This document shows positions 47,511-60,684 of a stretch of DNA of 64,000 nt, piece after piece. Source of the DNA: Sminthopsis crassicaudata (taxonomy: Eukaryota); the NCBI RefSeq assembly GCF_048593235.1, contig NC_133620.1:72108852-72172851 (forward strand). The letters run 5' to 3'. Both the position numbers and the translations under genes were made by a program. Numbering within the stretch: the stretch's first letter is position 1; each line of letters starts with the position of its first letter. A model generated the notes under the pieces. It had not been told where the DNA came from and ran no database searches. It was given only the letters and a program-made list of their open reading frames with translations.

Positions 47511-48609
47511 GGAAAAAAAGAAAAAAATGCAGCCTTAAAACATGATAAAAATATGTTTTTTTTAAAAAAAGATAATTTGAGTTGGGGAAATAAATTCCTT
47601 TTATAGCCATTATTTCTCTCCTGGCACCAATTGCAAATTTCTTTGAAGCTTTGATAAGCATATAAGAAGCATTCATCAGTAATGAAGGGGAGAATAGAAT
47701 TGATGTCTTGTATCCCTGCCTCCTTGCATCTATCTACTCTAATGTAGGGAAAAGTTAATTTCATATAAGACATACCATGAGGGATCTAAATAAGATAAGA
47801 CTAAAACTGGGAGAGGTAATTTTTGGCATGTTGAAAAGTAAAGGCATTGATATCAAATTCCCTGTTACCTCCTAAATTTATTCTAACAGAATAGGGAAAC
47901 TTTTCCTGAGGGAGATAGTGGACTTTACTGGTTGCATGGCTTGTCTTTATGTTTTATGAAGGCCAAATATTGAATAAGATGTTTACTTTCCTTCCAAGAA
48001 AGTCAGATTAGAATTTGTAATCCTTAGCATCCAAGTTGGACAATATTGTTTATAATTTTTATATGTAATGTTATTATTATTTTTCCTTTATTTATTGTTT
48101 CCTTTCAAAATGTTATTGTTGCCTTTTTTCTAGTATCTAACTTTAACCTCCTTTTAAAAATATTTTCTATTGTTGTAGTCATTATTCTCTTGGTACTATT
48201 TTGCTCTGAATCATTTCATGTAGATCTTCCTATATTTGTCTGAATTTCTCATATTTCTCTTTTTTTATCTATTACATTGATATACCAAAGTTTATCCAGT
48301 CAGTCCCTAATTGGTGAGTATTCACTTTGTTTATAATTTTTTGCTCCCACAAAGAGTCTTATTAGGGTTATTTTAATACTTATTAGATCTTTGTCTGACT
48401 TCCCTAGTTTAGTCTGCTAAGTACTTCATGAACAAAGAAATATACTGTATACAAAGTTTTGAAAGAAGAGTGCTCTCTTTTTTTGTTTTTGTTTTTGCCA
48501 TACTTCCAAACTGATATCTAGAATGGTTAGGCTATTTCACAGCTCCACACCAATTAGTGTTCCTCGTCTTTAATTTTCTTATTGGCTGTGCCATATATTT
48601 CTGCTAAAT

Positions 48610-48850
48610 TTCAATTCAATAAACATTTTTTACGTGCATACTTTGTTCCAGATACTGTGCTAAGCACTAGGGATACAAAAAGAGGCAAAAGACTGTCAGT
48701 CTTTGTTCTCAAAGAATTTATAATCCCGGAAGGGAGACAACATGCACACAAATATAAACAAAGCAAGCTATGTACGGGAGGAACAGGGAATAATTAAAAG
48801 AGAGAAAGCACTGGAATTAAGGGATTAGGGAAGACTTCCTGTATCATATA
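48610..48850 (-). mobile_element. LINE-2 3' tip
   Basis: ttcaattcaataaacattt...tgttccagatactgtgctaagcactagggatacaaa. Confidence 0.7.
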
Positions 48851-48959
48851 CTTTTCTTGCAATTATTTGAAGTTGTGATATTTCTTTGCTTGCCTTTACG
48901 ATCACTTAATCCTTTGAAAAATAAAGGGAGAATAATAAATAATAATAAAATAAATAATA

Positions 48960-49150
48960 AAGGGAGAAATGGGGAACTGCTCTTCTGGATTTGATTCCCA
49001 CTAACAAAGAGCAGCTGGTTGCTAAAGTAGAAATTATATCCACCGGGGAGAAAGTGACCACTCCAGAATTTGTAATAAGAAAAAGGAAATCCAGGCATAG
49101 AGAGGTTCATACCCACAAATTGGAGAGAACAGAATTCAAAGTGTTCTAAA
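48960..49150 (+). mobile_element. L3/CR1 endonuclease-region remnant
   Basis: CTGGATTTGATTCCCACTAACAAAGAGCAGCTGGTT translates to LDLIPTNKEQLV, close to the CR1 motif LDLxLTNxEELV. Confidence 0.6.
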
Positions 49151-49309
49151 GAATCCATCTATTAATTCAAAATTCTACAGGAAGGGCCAAACTAGAAAGT
49201 GTGAAAAGCTCTCAAAAATGATATTTTGAGAATACTAAAAGAAATAATTTTGATGAAATATGATGATACAATGGAAAGTACAATGAATTTCAAGTTGGAG
49301 GACTTGGGT

Positions 49310-49530
49310 TGAAAAAGCCCAGCTAGTGATCCAAGACAATCCCAATAAATTTCGGATGGAAAAACCCATCCACATCCAAAAAGAGAATTATGGAGACTGA
49401 TGTAAATCAACACATGCTATGTTCACTTTTTTTTTCCTTGTGTTTTTTCCTTTTTGTTCTGATTTTTCTCTACTAATATGATTCATATGGAAATATATAA
49501 AAGCAAATGTACATTTATAACCAAAAAACA
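49310..49530 (+). mobile_element. L1 3' UTR fragment
   Basis: ccatccacatccaaaaagagaattatggagactga...catgctatgttcacttt. Confidence 0.65.
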
Positions 49531-50179
49531 AACTTTTTTTTACGTATAACTGGAGGGAAAAACCCAAACAAATAGAAACAACCTAGCCCTGCTATTTATT
49601 GTCCCTATAAATTTGGCCGACTTCTTTAATCTTTGAGTTTCATAATCTGTAAAGGAGGAAGTTGGACTGGGTGACCTCTGGGTCCTTCCAGCCTTAAATC
49701 TATATTCCCTCTGAGTAGAATATCTAGGTTGGAACCTCGTCAGGAGTCAGGGAGACCAAGTTAGGAATCGACTATGCTAATGGGAAATCTTAATAACTAG
49801 AATCTCGACGGTTAGTCTTTTCTCAGGAAGTGCCTAAATGACTAGGAAATTCACTGCCTGGAGTAGCCATAGAATCAGATCCTTCAGAGAGGGAAGTTAT
49901 GCCTTGGGGCGGAGAAAGGGGGAGAGAAAGTAGACCAAAGAAAAGGGGGCTGGGGGAGGGGCAGAAGATCCGTTTTTTGGTTTTTGTTTTTGTTTTTTGT
50001 TTGTTTGTTTTAAATGGGAATAGACTAGTCTGTCCTTTTAAACCTTTAATTTTGTAAATTTTCTGGATTACTCTAAGTTTTGTCAGCCTTGTGGATACTG
50101 AAAAAAGTTTTGCTCCCCATCTGTTTTTTTGGAACTAGTGGTCAGAACAAAAGGACTTGATTTTTAAAGGTCTTTTCCA

Positions 50180-50810
50180 ATGACATTCATACTCAATAGG
50201 AGTATGGAAATCTATCTTACCCTGCAGGAAAATAGCAGGGGAATGGGGTATGGGGAGGGGGAGGCGATGACAAAAGAGAAGGCCTATTGGGGGAGGGAGT
50301 GGTCAGTAACAAAACTCTTTAGAGGAGGGACAGTGGAAAGAGAGAGAATAAATAGGGGAAAATACAATTAGCAATAGTAATTGGAAAAAAACATTTTGAA
50401 GCAAATTTCTCTGATGGAATATTATGGTTCTCTGGAATATGATGAGCAGGAGGCTCTCAGGAAAAAAAAAAAAGCCAATCTGGAAAGTCCTCCATGAACT
50501 AAGTGAAATATACTATATACGAAGTAATAGCAATGTTCAGGGATGACCAGCTGACTTTGTTATTCTCAGTAGTACAATCATCCACAACCACTCTGAAAGA
50601 CTTATGATAAAAAATCTTCTTCATATCCAGAGAATGAATTAATTGTGTCTGAATACAGATGGAAACATCCTCTTTCTCTTTCTATCTCTCTTTTATGTTT
50701 AACTTAATTTTTCTTGAGGGTTTTTATTTTCATTAGGATGGGAGATCTATGTTTTCTTGACTTTTATGGAAATGTTTTACATTTTTTAAAATGTGCAATT
50801 CTTAAAAAAA
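50180..50810 (+). mobile_element. L1-derived chimeric fragment (inter-ORF spacer joined to ORF2 tail and 3' UTR; HAL1-like)
   Basis: Spacer-like tctatcttaccctgcaggaaaatag...aatacaattagcaatagtaa joins ttttgaagcaaatttctctgat, then ggaatattatgg...L1 3' UTR. Confidence 0.55.
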
Positions 50811-50949
50811 AAAATCTTTTCCAGCCATAGGATACAATTGTAGCCCAACTTCTAAAGTTGATTTGGGATTCCCCAAAGAGCAGCCTTGAGATGTTGCAAA
50901 TGTAGGGAAACATAATCTGCTGACTCTCTTAATGATTTAATAATAAAAG

Positions 50950-51100
50950 TAGCTTTAAGGCTTACAATGTACTTTATAAATATCTCTTTTTATCCTCGCA
51001 ATAACGCTGAGAGGCAAAGCGTTTTGATTATCCTTATTTTACAGATGAGAGAACTGAGGCAGTGAGAGATTTCTTACCCAGGGTCACAAAGCAAGTATGA
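50950..51100 (-). mobile_element. MIR
   Basis: tatccttattttacagatgagagaactgaggc...acccagggtcaca. Confidence 0.75.
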
Positions 51101-51599
51101 AGAAAGAAGGGAAGCACAAACTTCCAGTGGCATGTGGAGGGTGAGATACCCAGATTTTAAACCATGGTACAGGTTATGACCTTCTTAACAGCAATGCTCA
51201 TAGGGTGTTACCCAGAGCATTAAGATGTTGCGACTTGCCTAGGGTCCCACTGCCGTGTGTAATGGGGTTCTGGCACAGTGAAGACTGGCTGGAACAATTT
51301 GTCTGGTACAACTTCCCTGCTAGGGAGCTTATTTACAGTAGAATCGAGTTATATATAAGCTATTAAAGCCTGAAACTACAGTATCAAGGCAACCTGGATT
51401 AAGGTAAGCATCTTTCCAAAGATCTGAGTCACATCCAGGATGCCAGGCCAGGTGGAAGAACTCACCCAGCAGTCTTGGTGGCTATGTAAGAACTGAAATG
51501 TTTGGAGTCCCCAGACTCAGGTCATCTAAGGGAGAATTTGCCCCTGAGATATTAGGGGAAATGCTGGTCTATTACAGCTTACTCTATAGTTGACCATAA

Positions 51600-51830
51600 G
51601 TGTTGAAGTAGAAGACAAGAAATTCAAATCCAGCCTCAAACAATGACTAGCTTTGAAATCCTAGGCAAATCATTTAACTTCTATTTACCTCAGTTTCCTC
51701 ATTAATAAAATGGAGATAATAATAGGATTTACTTCCCAGGGTTGTTATAAGGAACAAATGAGATAATGTTTGTAAAGCACTTTAGCACAGTACCAACATT
51801 CTCTAGGTGCTATATAAATATTATTTTTAT
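51600..51830 (+). mobile_element. MIR
   Basis: ctaggcaaatcatttaacttc...cctcagtttcctcatt...aaaatggagataataatag. Confidence 0.8.
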
Positions 51831-52214
51831 TATTATATAATAATTTACTTTATATCTTTTATTGTTATTATTATATATCTCTTTGTAAAAATATTCTATA
51901 TTATGTAGTTAAGTGAAATTAGGGTTCTAGGTAGAGGTCCCTACAAGGTGGGAGAGGGGAACATAGCCAGTAAGTCTTCTGATGATGGAAGTAGAGAAAA
52001 GCAACACTCTGATCTTTCAGGGTTAAGCCCCTGCAATTCCCAGGAGATATGTAGCTGGTTTGGGCTTGAAAGATTGGGTATAGACTGTTTATGTTACATT
52101 TGTCAAAGATTTGAACCCAGATCTTCCTGGCTTGGAGACTGACTCTATCCATGGCACCCCTTAAATTGTCTCTATCTTGAAATTCATATGGACTTCAAAC
52201 ATTTCCAAAGACTT

Positions 52215-52400
52215 TACCTAAATCTTCTCCTTTAAGCCTTATATAAAACCTTATGAAGTAGGAATTATGAGAAAGATTATCCCCATTTTCCAGATGAGGA
52301 AACTAAAGCTTAAAAATTAAGTGACTCACCCGTATGTCACACAGCTATTTGAGGAAGGGTTCAGACTGAGACTTTATGATGCCTAGAACCAGTAGTCTTC
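52215..52400 (-). mobile_element. MIR
   Basis: attatccccattttccagatgaggaaactaaagc. Confidence 0.7.
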
Positions 52401-52819
52401 TTTCCCTTGATGCCATGTAGCATCTCCATCAAGAAAACCAAAGGTCCCTTGAAGACCCTGCCACTTAGTATTAAGTACAGCCTAGTATTAACAGCTGTGG
52501 TGAAGGAGGTGGAAGTGCTTTCCTGCTACCCTTATCACCAAGGTCTGTCCGCCGGCCTCTGGGGTGTGTCCCGAGGAAGGGCAGACATGACTGTACTTCC
52601 CTTCTTCCTCTGACACCTCAGCCGCAGTCTAGCCAGGTGAACCTGCTCACCTGCTTGGCGTCAGAGGGCGAGGCTTCAAGGAATGTGTCCAGAGGCTGCA
52701 GAATCAGACTTTAGCTGGATCTGGAAAAGCAGCCCTCAGGCGATGGGCTCTGCTGTCTTTTCCAGTTAAATAATAAGAAAATAGAAGCGACCTCAAGGAT
52801 CAATCATAAATTCTGCTAG

Positions 52820-53070
52820 TCACTTGTAAGCATTTAGTAAGCACCTGCCCTATGCTAAGAACTGGGGAAAGAAAAACTGGAAGGGACCTCAACTAGTCAA
52901 TAGTAAACATTTATTAAGCACTTACTATGTCCCAGGCACTATGTTAAGAACTGGGAAAGAGCAGCAAGGATTAACTAGTCAATCGTCAGTATACATTTAT
53001 TGGGCACCTACTATATGCCAAACTTTATTCTAAGCTCTAGGGATACAAATAAGAAAAAATAAAGACAGTT
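52820..53070 (-). repeat. Three tandem LINE-2 3'-tip units
   Basis: Repeated (a)catttattaagcac..ctatg; units 1 and 2 share CTATG.TAAGAACTGGG and units 2 and 3 share AACTAGTCAAT. Confidence 0.6.
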
Positions 53071-55109
53071 CAATCTCTTCTTTTTGGAATCAAGGAAATT
53101 GAGTCCAGTGGCTAAATGACTTGCCCAGTGTCACCCAGTGGAAAGCATCATAGGTGGCATTTGAACTGAGGTCTTCTGGCACTGTATACTGCTAAAGTAA
53201 TCATATATGGATTCTTTAAAAATTATTTTAATATTTAATAAATATTATTTATTTATTAATTATAATCAAATAGTTAATTATATATACTTTGCATATTCAT
53301 AATTTATAATTACTTATTTAATTAATGATTTTTATATTTATTTTCAGTTACAAATTCTTTTTCTTCCTTCATCTATTGAAAAGATATAAGAATTACACAT
53401 GGATGGAGGCCAAGTTTAAGAGCTCACCTATGGCTATCCCCTCATCCTATTCCTTCATATACATACACATAGAAAACATTTTTCGAACGCTAAAGAGCTA
53501 TGTAAGTGATAGCTGGTATTATTATTATTAGTTCAAACATTGGAAAGATTACTTTGGGAACTAAAATCTCATTTCTCCCAAATGACACAACAGATTTAAA
53601 TGACATCTTTCAAGAGTATACTGGCAGACTGCTTTCCCCTTCCCCCCTCCACTAGGGCTCTGCTGACACAGTCCCCTTGAGTGAGGAGTTCATTGCAAAA
53701 CAAGTTTTGTTGTTTTTTTTTTTCTCCCTGAGTTATCTGTCAAATGGTATGGAATTATGGCTGTGCTGATGGTTAGAAGGCACCTTCCACAGAAGTGTTT
53801 TAAAGATCTTTGCAGACATCCAAAAGTTCATTATTCAAACCTGAGAACTTCTGTGGTTTGAAAGATTGAGAGGATGGGAGTTTGTAAAGGAAATCTGTCA
53901 ATTCCCTTCTACTAGGGGTACCAGAAGACAATAATTTTTAGCATCCATTGACCTGATCCCAAATGAAATTAATGATCTTTCATTTGCATAGTAGAAATCC
54001 ATCTTTCAGTAAATACTCACTATATAGCTAGTATTATGCTAGATACTGGGGATACAAATACAAAAAATAAAATGATGCTTATTCCCAAAGAGTGTTGCAG
54101 ACTATGCAAAGACTTCTGGGACACCTTATATATGTTTGTCTAACGAATTCGAAGGCTAATTCCTTATGAGTTCTGCATTTCTAAATACTTATTGATTGAT
54201 TTCTAGTATGCTAACAACAAGTCATTATTTCAGTTTTAATAGCTTAAACTACAGTAAGACTCTTTGGAGTACTTTAAAATATAAGAAAAATAGACATCAT
54301 AAATATAAAGCAGATAAAGACAAACATTCAAAGCAATTAAATACAGAGCAGTATGAGAAAGAGGGTAGTTATATGTGTGTTAGGTGGGCAGGGATCAAGA
54401 AAAGCTTCATGCATTGAGTGGTCTTAAAGTAAAAACTTTCTGAGGCAGAAATGTAGAGGGAGTGCTTTCCAGTCACGTGTAAAAACCACTTCCAAGACTC
54501 CCAGTTGGAGGGTAGATTGCTGAGTGTAGGGGAAAGTGTAACGTCCAATGATCCTGAAAGGTTATGTGGAGTTTTAAAAGCTAAGTGATTAATAAATCTA
54601 GTGGAGTGTCATGCAGTAGATTAGAGCTCAGTAAATTATTAACCAAGAATCATGCTAACATTATTATACCTTATGTGTCCCTCATGTTTTCCATGATTCA
54701 GTGTAACCCAGCATTCAAGAAGTAGAGGGGCAACTCTCAACATAGATTTAGGTTTTTTAATTTGGTAGAGGAAGAAAAAGAAATCCAGGGAGGTTAGATA
54801 AGCTAGCCAAAATCAGAGCTTGGACACACGATTCCTAGCTCCCAGATCAGTGCCCTTTCTAATACCGTGGTTGCTTGGCTGCTTCAGTGGAATTTTCATG
54901 GTATCTGCATTTAGAAGCATTATGGCGGATAGAGTTGCATCCCATTATAGCAGGTCTCTTAGAAGTCAGGTATAATATAGGTCAAATCATGTTCTCTCTA
55001 AAACATCCTAAATGTTTTATAAATGCAATAAAATCATAAAAACAAAATATAGTATAAAGTGACACAGGATTGAAAAAAACTTATTCATAAGACTTCTCAT
55101 TTTCATAAT

Positions 55110-55400
55110 GTAGGGTCACAGATCTAGAATTGAAAAGGACCTCAAAGTTCAGTATTCTCATTTTACAGATGAAGAAACTGAGATGATATCTCTGTGGTCA
55201 CACAAATATTGTATCACTGGGAGATTTGAACTCAGGCTCCTAAATCTAAGGATAACACACTCTCTCTACATCATATGACACTGTTTCTAGTCTTAATCTA
55301 ATTTTTGCAAATGAGGAAACCCAGATGGGTCATGACTTGAAAAGAGCACATATTTGGCAATGAAACCAGGACTAAAGCTCTCCTGATTATAATTAGTTCA
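55110..55400 (-). mobile_element. MIR-family fragments
   Basis: ctcattttacagatgaagaaactgag...gatttgaactcagg and tttttgcaaatgaggaaac. Confidence 0.6.
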
Positions 55401-56414
55401 GTGTTCTTTTCACAGTGGAGTTCTACAACATATCTAATTACAGCATTTCTTGTAAGAATAGAGAAAATCTTTTAAGTAGCCCAATTTAAGGGACACATCA
55501 AAGTTTTTTCAATTATGTCAAAGGCAATAGGTTAGGATACAGGAAAGGATAGGGTCTTTGCCAGAGGGAAATGTAATGATAAGAGATAAGAGAAGATGAA
55601 TGGTCATTTGTAGACTCTTCTAAGGAGGATGATCTTTGATCTAGAGAGAAAAAAAGCAAAAGTGGCTAAAAGGATGTTAAAATTAAGGGTAAAGGAGAAC
55701 ATTCAGTTCCCTTTATGGGATAGGAGACTCTGATAAACTAGATTCTGGTGGATATGATTGCTGAACTTCTGTGATTAATCTTCGGAGAAAGGGAGAAATG
55801 CTATGGGAAGGGAAAAGGACAAATGCCTAGATTTGTTAAAAAGGGAGAAATGTGACATCTTTACAGTTTAGGCCAATGAATTATATTTTTATTCTTTGTG
55901 AAATTATTGTAATTAAAAAAATGGTTTGTGAACAGTTGGTCACAAGCATTATATGTGCTTATTATGTGTTAGGCATACATATTTTGGGTTTATAACTGGG
56001 ACAAACAATAAACATTATATAGGATAAATTGGAGATAATAGAGGAAAGACTAGAATAGAATAGAGGAAAGTCACAATGTGACTGAGAAAAGCCTCTTGCA
56101 GAAAGTGGGACTTAAAGGAATCCTGGGAAGACTGGAGATGAAGATGAGGAAAGAGAGATGGAAGATGGTCAATAAAAAGGCCCAGAGTTGAAAGATGGAG
56201 AATATGTGTGAAGAATGACAAGGAAGCCAATGTCAACCAGAATGTAGACTATGTGGAGGGAAGTGAGATAGAAGAAGCTAGAAAGGTAGAATAGAGGCAG
56301 GTCCTAAAGGGCTTTGAGCACAAAAAAGAGGATTTTATATTTGATCTTGGAAGCATTGAAAAAGGGAAGAAATGGTCATGGAATGTGAGCATGACTTCAT
56401 CAAGAATAGGGTTA

Positions 56415-56575
56415 GCACATATGCAAAAAAATGTTTGTAGTAGCTTTTTTAGGTGGCAAGAAATTGGAAAATGAGTGGATGTCCATCAATTGGGGAAATG
56501 GCTGAATAAATTATGGTATATGAATATAATGGAATATTATGGTTCCATAAGAAATGATGAGCAAGCTGATTATTT
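56415..56575 (+). mobile_element. L1 ORF2 C-terminal fragment
   Basis: aattggaaaatgagtggatgtccatcaattgggg...ggctgaataaattatggtatatgaat. Confidence 0.75.
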
Positions 56576-57749
56576 CCGTTGATCTATATAAAGGAATAGC
56601 TAAGCTAGGTATTGCAAGTATTTTTTGTCTATAGATGAGAAGACTGAGGCTTGGATGGGTTCCATGATTTGCCAAAACTCATATGGTTTGTAGTGAGTAA
56701 AGGACCCACAAACTGAATTTAGGTCTCCAAATCTGATGAACAAAATGAACAAATTCCTGAATCGTCAAAGAACTATTAAATCATATACAACATTTCCTTC
56801 CTTTAGAAGATAGAGATTTAAAAAATGTTCAACAAATGTTGAAATAAATTAACTAGAAAAAGAATCAGTTAAATATTTGCTTACTTCATCAATTCCTTTA
56901 TCATTCTACTTAATTTGTCCAGTCTAACAATTAATAAACATTTATTAAACACCTGCTATGTGCCAGGTACTGTGCTAAGGTAGATAAACAGACAGTCAAG
57001 AAGGTATGCTAAGTGGTTTTAACATTTGTTTTTCAAAATATTTTTACCCATTACATATAATAGGAATCCTGTTCCTCTGCTCTATCTCATCTCCCTTTTA
57101 ATGACCTGAGATAATAAAACAAAAGACCCATTCCTCAACATATTTATAAAAACAGGGACCAAACAAACAAGATAGGGCAGGAAACAAGAGCTGCCCCAAG
57201 ATCTCATACAATACACCCTCGATGCACTAGGAGCTAGGTGGGATTCCCAGAGTTGCAATGTCAGAGCTTTGGTATGCACTGATTCAGGCTCTGCCCTACA
57301 GAAGGGCAGAGGAAGTCTGAGCAAATAGGAGACCATAAAAGCAGCACCTCACAAGTCTGCTTTTCCCTCCTAACTTATGGGTTCTTTAGAAGGCTATTGC
57401 TTTAAGAGAAAAATTTCTTTACTGGAAGAACCAGGATGGCTAATGCCGCCTGATTGATAGAAAATGGAAAATTGGTATAAAAAGTACTAGATTTTGAGTA
57501 AGAGAATATGAGTTCAAATCTTATCTCTGGTGTTACCTGTGTAAAAATGTATAAATCATTTAACTTTTAGGGGCTTCAGTTTTCTCGTCTGTAAATTATT
57601 TTTCCTAGTTCTAAACATGTGATATCATAGGATGTTGACATTTGAAAAGGATTTCAGTGATTCAATCCATAAATGAAAGGAAACCCCACTATAACATTCC
57701 TAAACAGGGTTCATCTACTTTCTGCTTGAAGACCTTCAAGAAAGCTAGC

Positions 57750-58385
57750 ATTTTTATTTTTTTTGTTTATTTATTTTAAAATAGCTTTTTTATTTTCAAA
57801 ATATTTTCAAAAATAATTTTCAACATTCACCCGTACAAAACCTTGTGTTCCAATTTTTTCCCTCTTTTCTCTCCACTTCCTCTCCTGGATAGGAAGTAAT
57901 CCAATATGTGTTAAACATGTACAATTCTTTTATGCAAAATTCCACATTTATCATGCTGCACAAGAAAGATTAGAAAGGAACAAAAATGAGAATGAAAGAA
58001 AAAAGCAAGCAAACAATAAAAAGGGAAAATACTATGTTGTGAACCACATTCAGTCCCCACAGTGTTCTCTCTGGGTTCAGATGGCTCTCTCCATCACAAG
58101 TCTATTGGAATTGGCCTGAATCACCTCATCGTTTAAAAAGATCCACATCCATCAGAGTTGATCATCACATAATCTTCTTGTTGCCATGTACAATGATCAC
58201 CTGGTTCTGCTCATTTCACTCAGCATCAGTTCAGGTAAGTCTCTCCAGGCTTTTCTGAAATCATCTTGCCAATTGTTTCTTATAGAACAATAATATTCTA
58301 TTACATTCATATACCACAACTTATTCATCCATTCCCTAACTGATGGGCATCTAGTTTCCAGTTTTTTGCCTCTATAAAAAGAGCT
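57750..58385 (-). mobile_element. 5'-truncated L1
   Basis: ORF track 58197-58427 (WMNKLWYMNVIEYYCSIRNNWQDDFRKAWRDLPELMLSEMSRTR) plus reversed 3' UTR. Confidence 0.88.
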
Positions 58386-59010
58386 GAAAGCAAGTGTCTT
58401 AAAACAGCCCATTCCACACTTGGACATCTCTAGTTGTTATGAAGTCTTGCTCGAAGCCAAGTCAGGAATAAATTGAATCCTTTTGTTTGATAGCTTTTAA
58501 ACTACTTGAATATATCCTTCTGATTAAGCATTTCCAGTTTTAATCAACAAATAAGCACTTAGTAGACATAATTTCACAGCTTAATTCAATAATTGTTTAT
58601 TCAAGTTTCTTTAAAAATGAGCAACACTTATATACAGAATGGTAGCATTCGATAACTAAATGGGACCTCAAAGATGATCAAATCGAGACTTCTACTTTCA
58701 TGAATCCCCTCAATAAGTGACACGTTAAGTAGGCATTCAACTTTTGCCTCACTAATTCCACTTACAAGGAGAGGAATTAATTGTTTATTGAGCACTTATT
58801 ATGTGCTAGACCCTGTGCTAAATACTTTGTGATGGTCTCATTGGATCCTTACAACAATCCTGGAAGGATTATTATTCCCATTTTATGGTTGAAGAAATTT
58901 AGAAAGAGTGACTTGCCCAAAGTCATACAGCTAATAAGTGTCTCAAATCTTCCTTACTTCAAACTTATCACTCCATCCCACTAGGAATCTGCCATAATAG
59001 TGAGCTTTGT

Positions 59011-59026
59011 TACATATATATATATG

Positions 59027-59060
<34 letters not shown>
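59011..59060. repeat. Interrupted (TA)n microsatellite
   Basis: Seen directly. Confidence 0.95.
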
Positions 59061-59214
59061 CACGCTGTGTCCCCCAAAATTCATTACCTTAGTGGCTATC
59101 GTTCAGTCAATAAACATCTATTAAATACCTACTATGTGCCAAGCATAGTGCTGAATGCTGGGAATATAAAAAAAGCTCTCAAGAGCTCACAATTTAAAAG
59201 GGGAGATAATCTGT

Positions 59215-59700
59215 GAATGACCATATTGTATTCCCTCAATTTCCAGTTTTTTTTGCTACTACAAAAGAAATGCTTATGAATATTTTTGCATATGTAGTTC
59301 TTTTTCCTTTTTGTTTGATCTCTCTGGGACACAGATTTAGTAGTGGTATATCTGGATCAAAGGATTTATCATTGTACTTAATTTTGTAGTCCTTTGGGCT
59401 TAGTTCAAATTGCTCTCCAGAATGGTTATCAGTTCACAACTCTACCAATAGTATATTGGTAGAGTTTTTCACAACCCCTCTAACATTTGTCATTTTCCTT
59501 TTCTATTTTATTACTCAATCTGATGAACGTGAGATTGTATCCCAGAGTTCTTTTAATTTGTATTTTTCCAATCCATAGTGATTTAGAACATTTTTTTTCA
59601 TTCAACTGGATACTTTGATTTCTCTTTTTGAAAACTTTGTTTATGCCCTTTGATTATTTATCAAATGAGGAATGGCTCTTATTTTTTATAAATTTAGAAA
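59215..59700 (-). mobile_element. L1 ORF2 fragment
   Basis: ttccagttttttttgctactac...tggatcaaagg...ttgctctccagaatggtt...gtgagattgtatcccagagttcttttaatttg. Confidence 0.75.
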
Positions 59701-60250
59701 ATGGTATATGCTTTAATCCCTTTCTGCTACAGTCCTGAGATTTCACTATGGCTTTGAGGTGTGCCTGGATTGTCCAGGATGTTGCCACTGGATTGGAATT
59801 TTTGACATTGAATTCCGAGTGGTGAATCTTTGCCTTAGCTTGTCCAGTATCAGGCCCATCACACTACTTCCTGGCCATCTCCATACCATGTCAATACTTG
59901 TATATCTTCCTCAGCCCCTTTCACATCTAGTTCTGAGAATGATATAGAGAAAGCATTATGACTTGGAACGTCAAAGGTACACTTATGTGGTAGGCTACAC
60001 GTTTAAACATGCTTAAGAATTCTCATCTGTTAGCTCATGGCAATTCATATCAATTTTGACTGCCCCAATCTTTTTAAGAAATCCCTTTACCATTTTCCCT
60101 TAGATATAATCAGTCCTTTTTTTGTATGAATAGCTAGAAATTTCCAATTCTGGAAATCCTATTTGTTGAACTACACTTGAAGGCTAACATGGATTTTTAA
60201 TGATTTTTTTGTATTCATAATCTACTTGCTTTTGCTCTAGCTCAAGATAT

Positions 60251-60252
<2 letters not shown>

Positions 60253-60281
<29 letters not shown>

Positions 60282-60305
60282 GCAACAACAATGATAATAA
60301 TAATC
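60253..60305. repeat. (TAA)n microsatellite with degenerate extension
   Basis: Seen directly. Confidence 0.9.
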
Positions 60306-60684
60306 AATAAGACACTTACCCAAAATGGTGATTTTTAGACAGTTGATGCAGGTGGGGAGATTTAAAAGGCAACAGTAGGGATATGGGATAGGATGAGCCA
60401 AAAATAAAAAAATAAAAATAAAAGGACAAGACAGGTTGGAATGAGAACAAAGATTGTTAAATAGTCTGGTTTTTACTATGCCTTGTTCCTACAGATACTA
60501 AGCAAATATTTGATGAATTCAATAAAAGGAAGAATACCTGAAGAAGTATTATATAAAATTGAAAAGGTTTTTATGGACACAGATCTATCTAGAATTTACA
60601 AAAGCTACTATATTTCTTCTGTGTGTGTTTTTAGATGTTCTCTCCAAGTTTGGATTCTAATTCTCTTTCCCCTGTTATTTGTGA

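Noticed and set aside
59720-59945. Coding-looking stretch (minus frame DGPDTGQAKAKIHHSEFNVKNSNPVATSWTIQAHLKAIVK) as a processed pseudogene
   Set aside because: I could not match it to any protein family, and it has no poly(A) or TSD. A BLASTx search would settle it.
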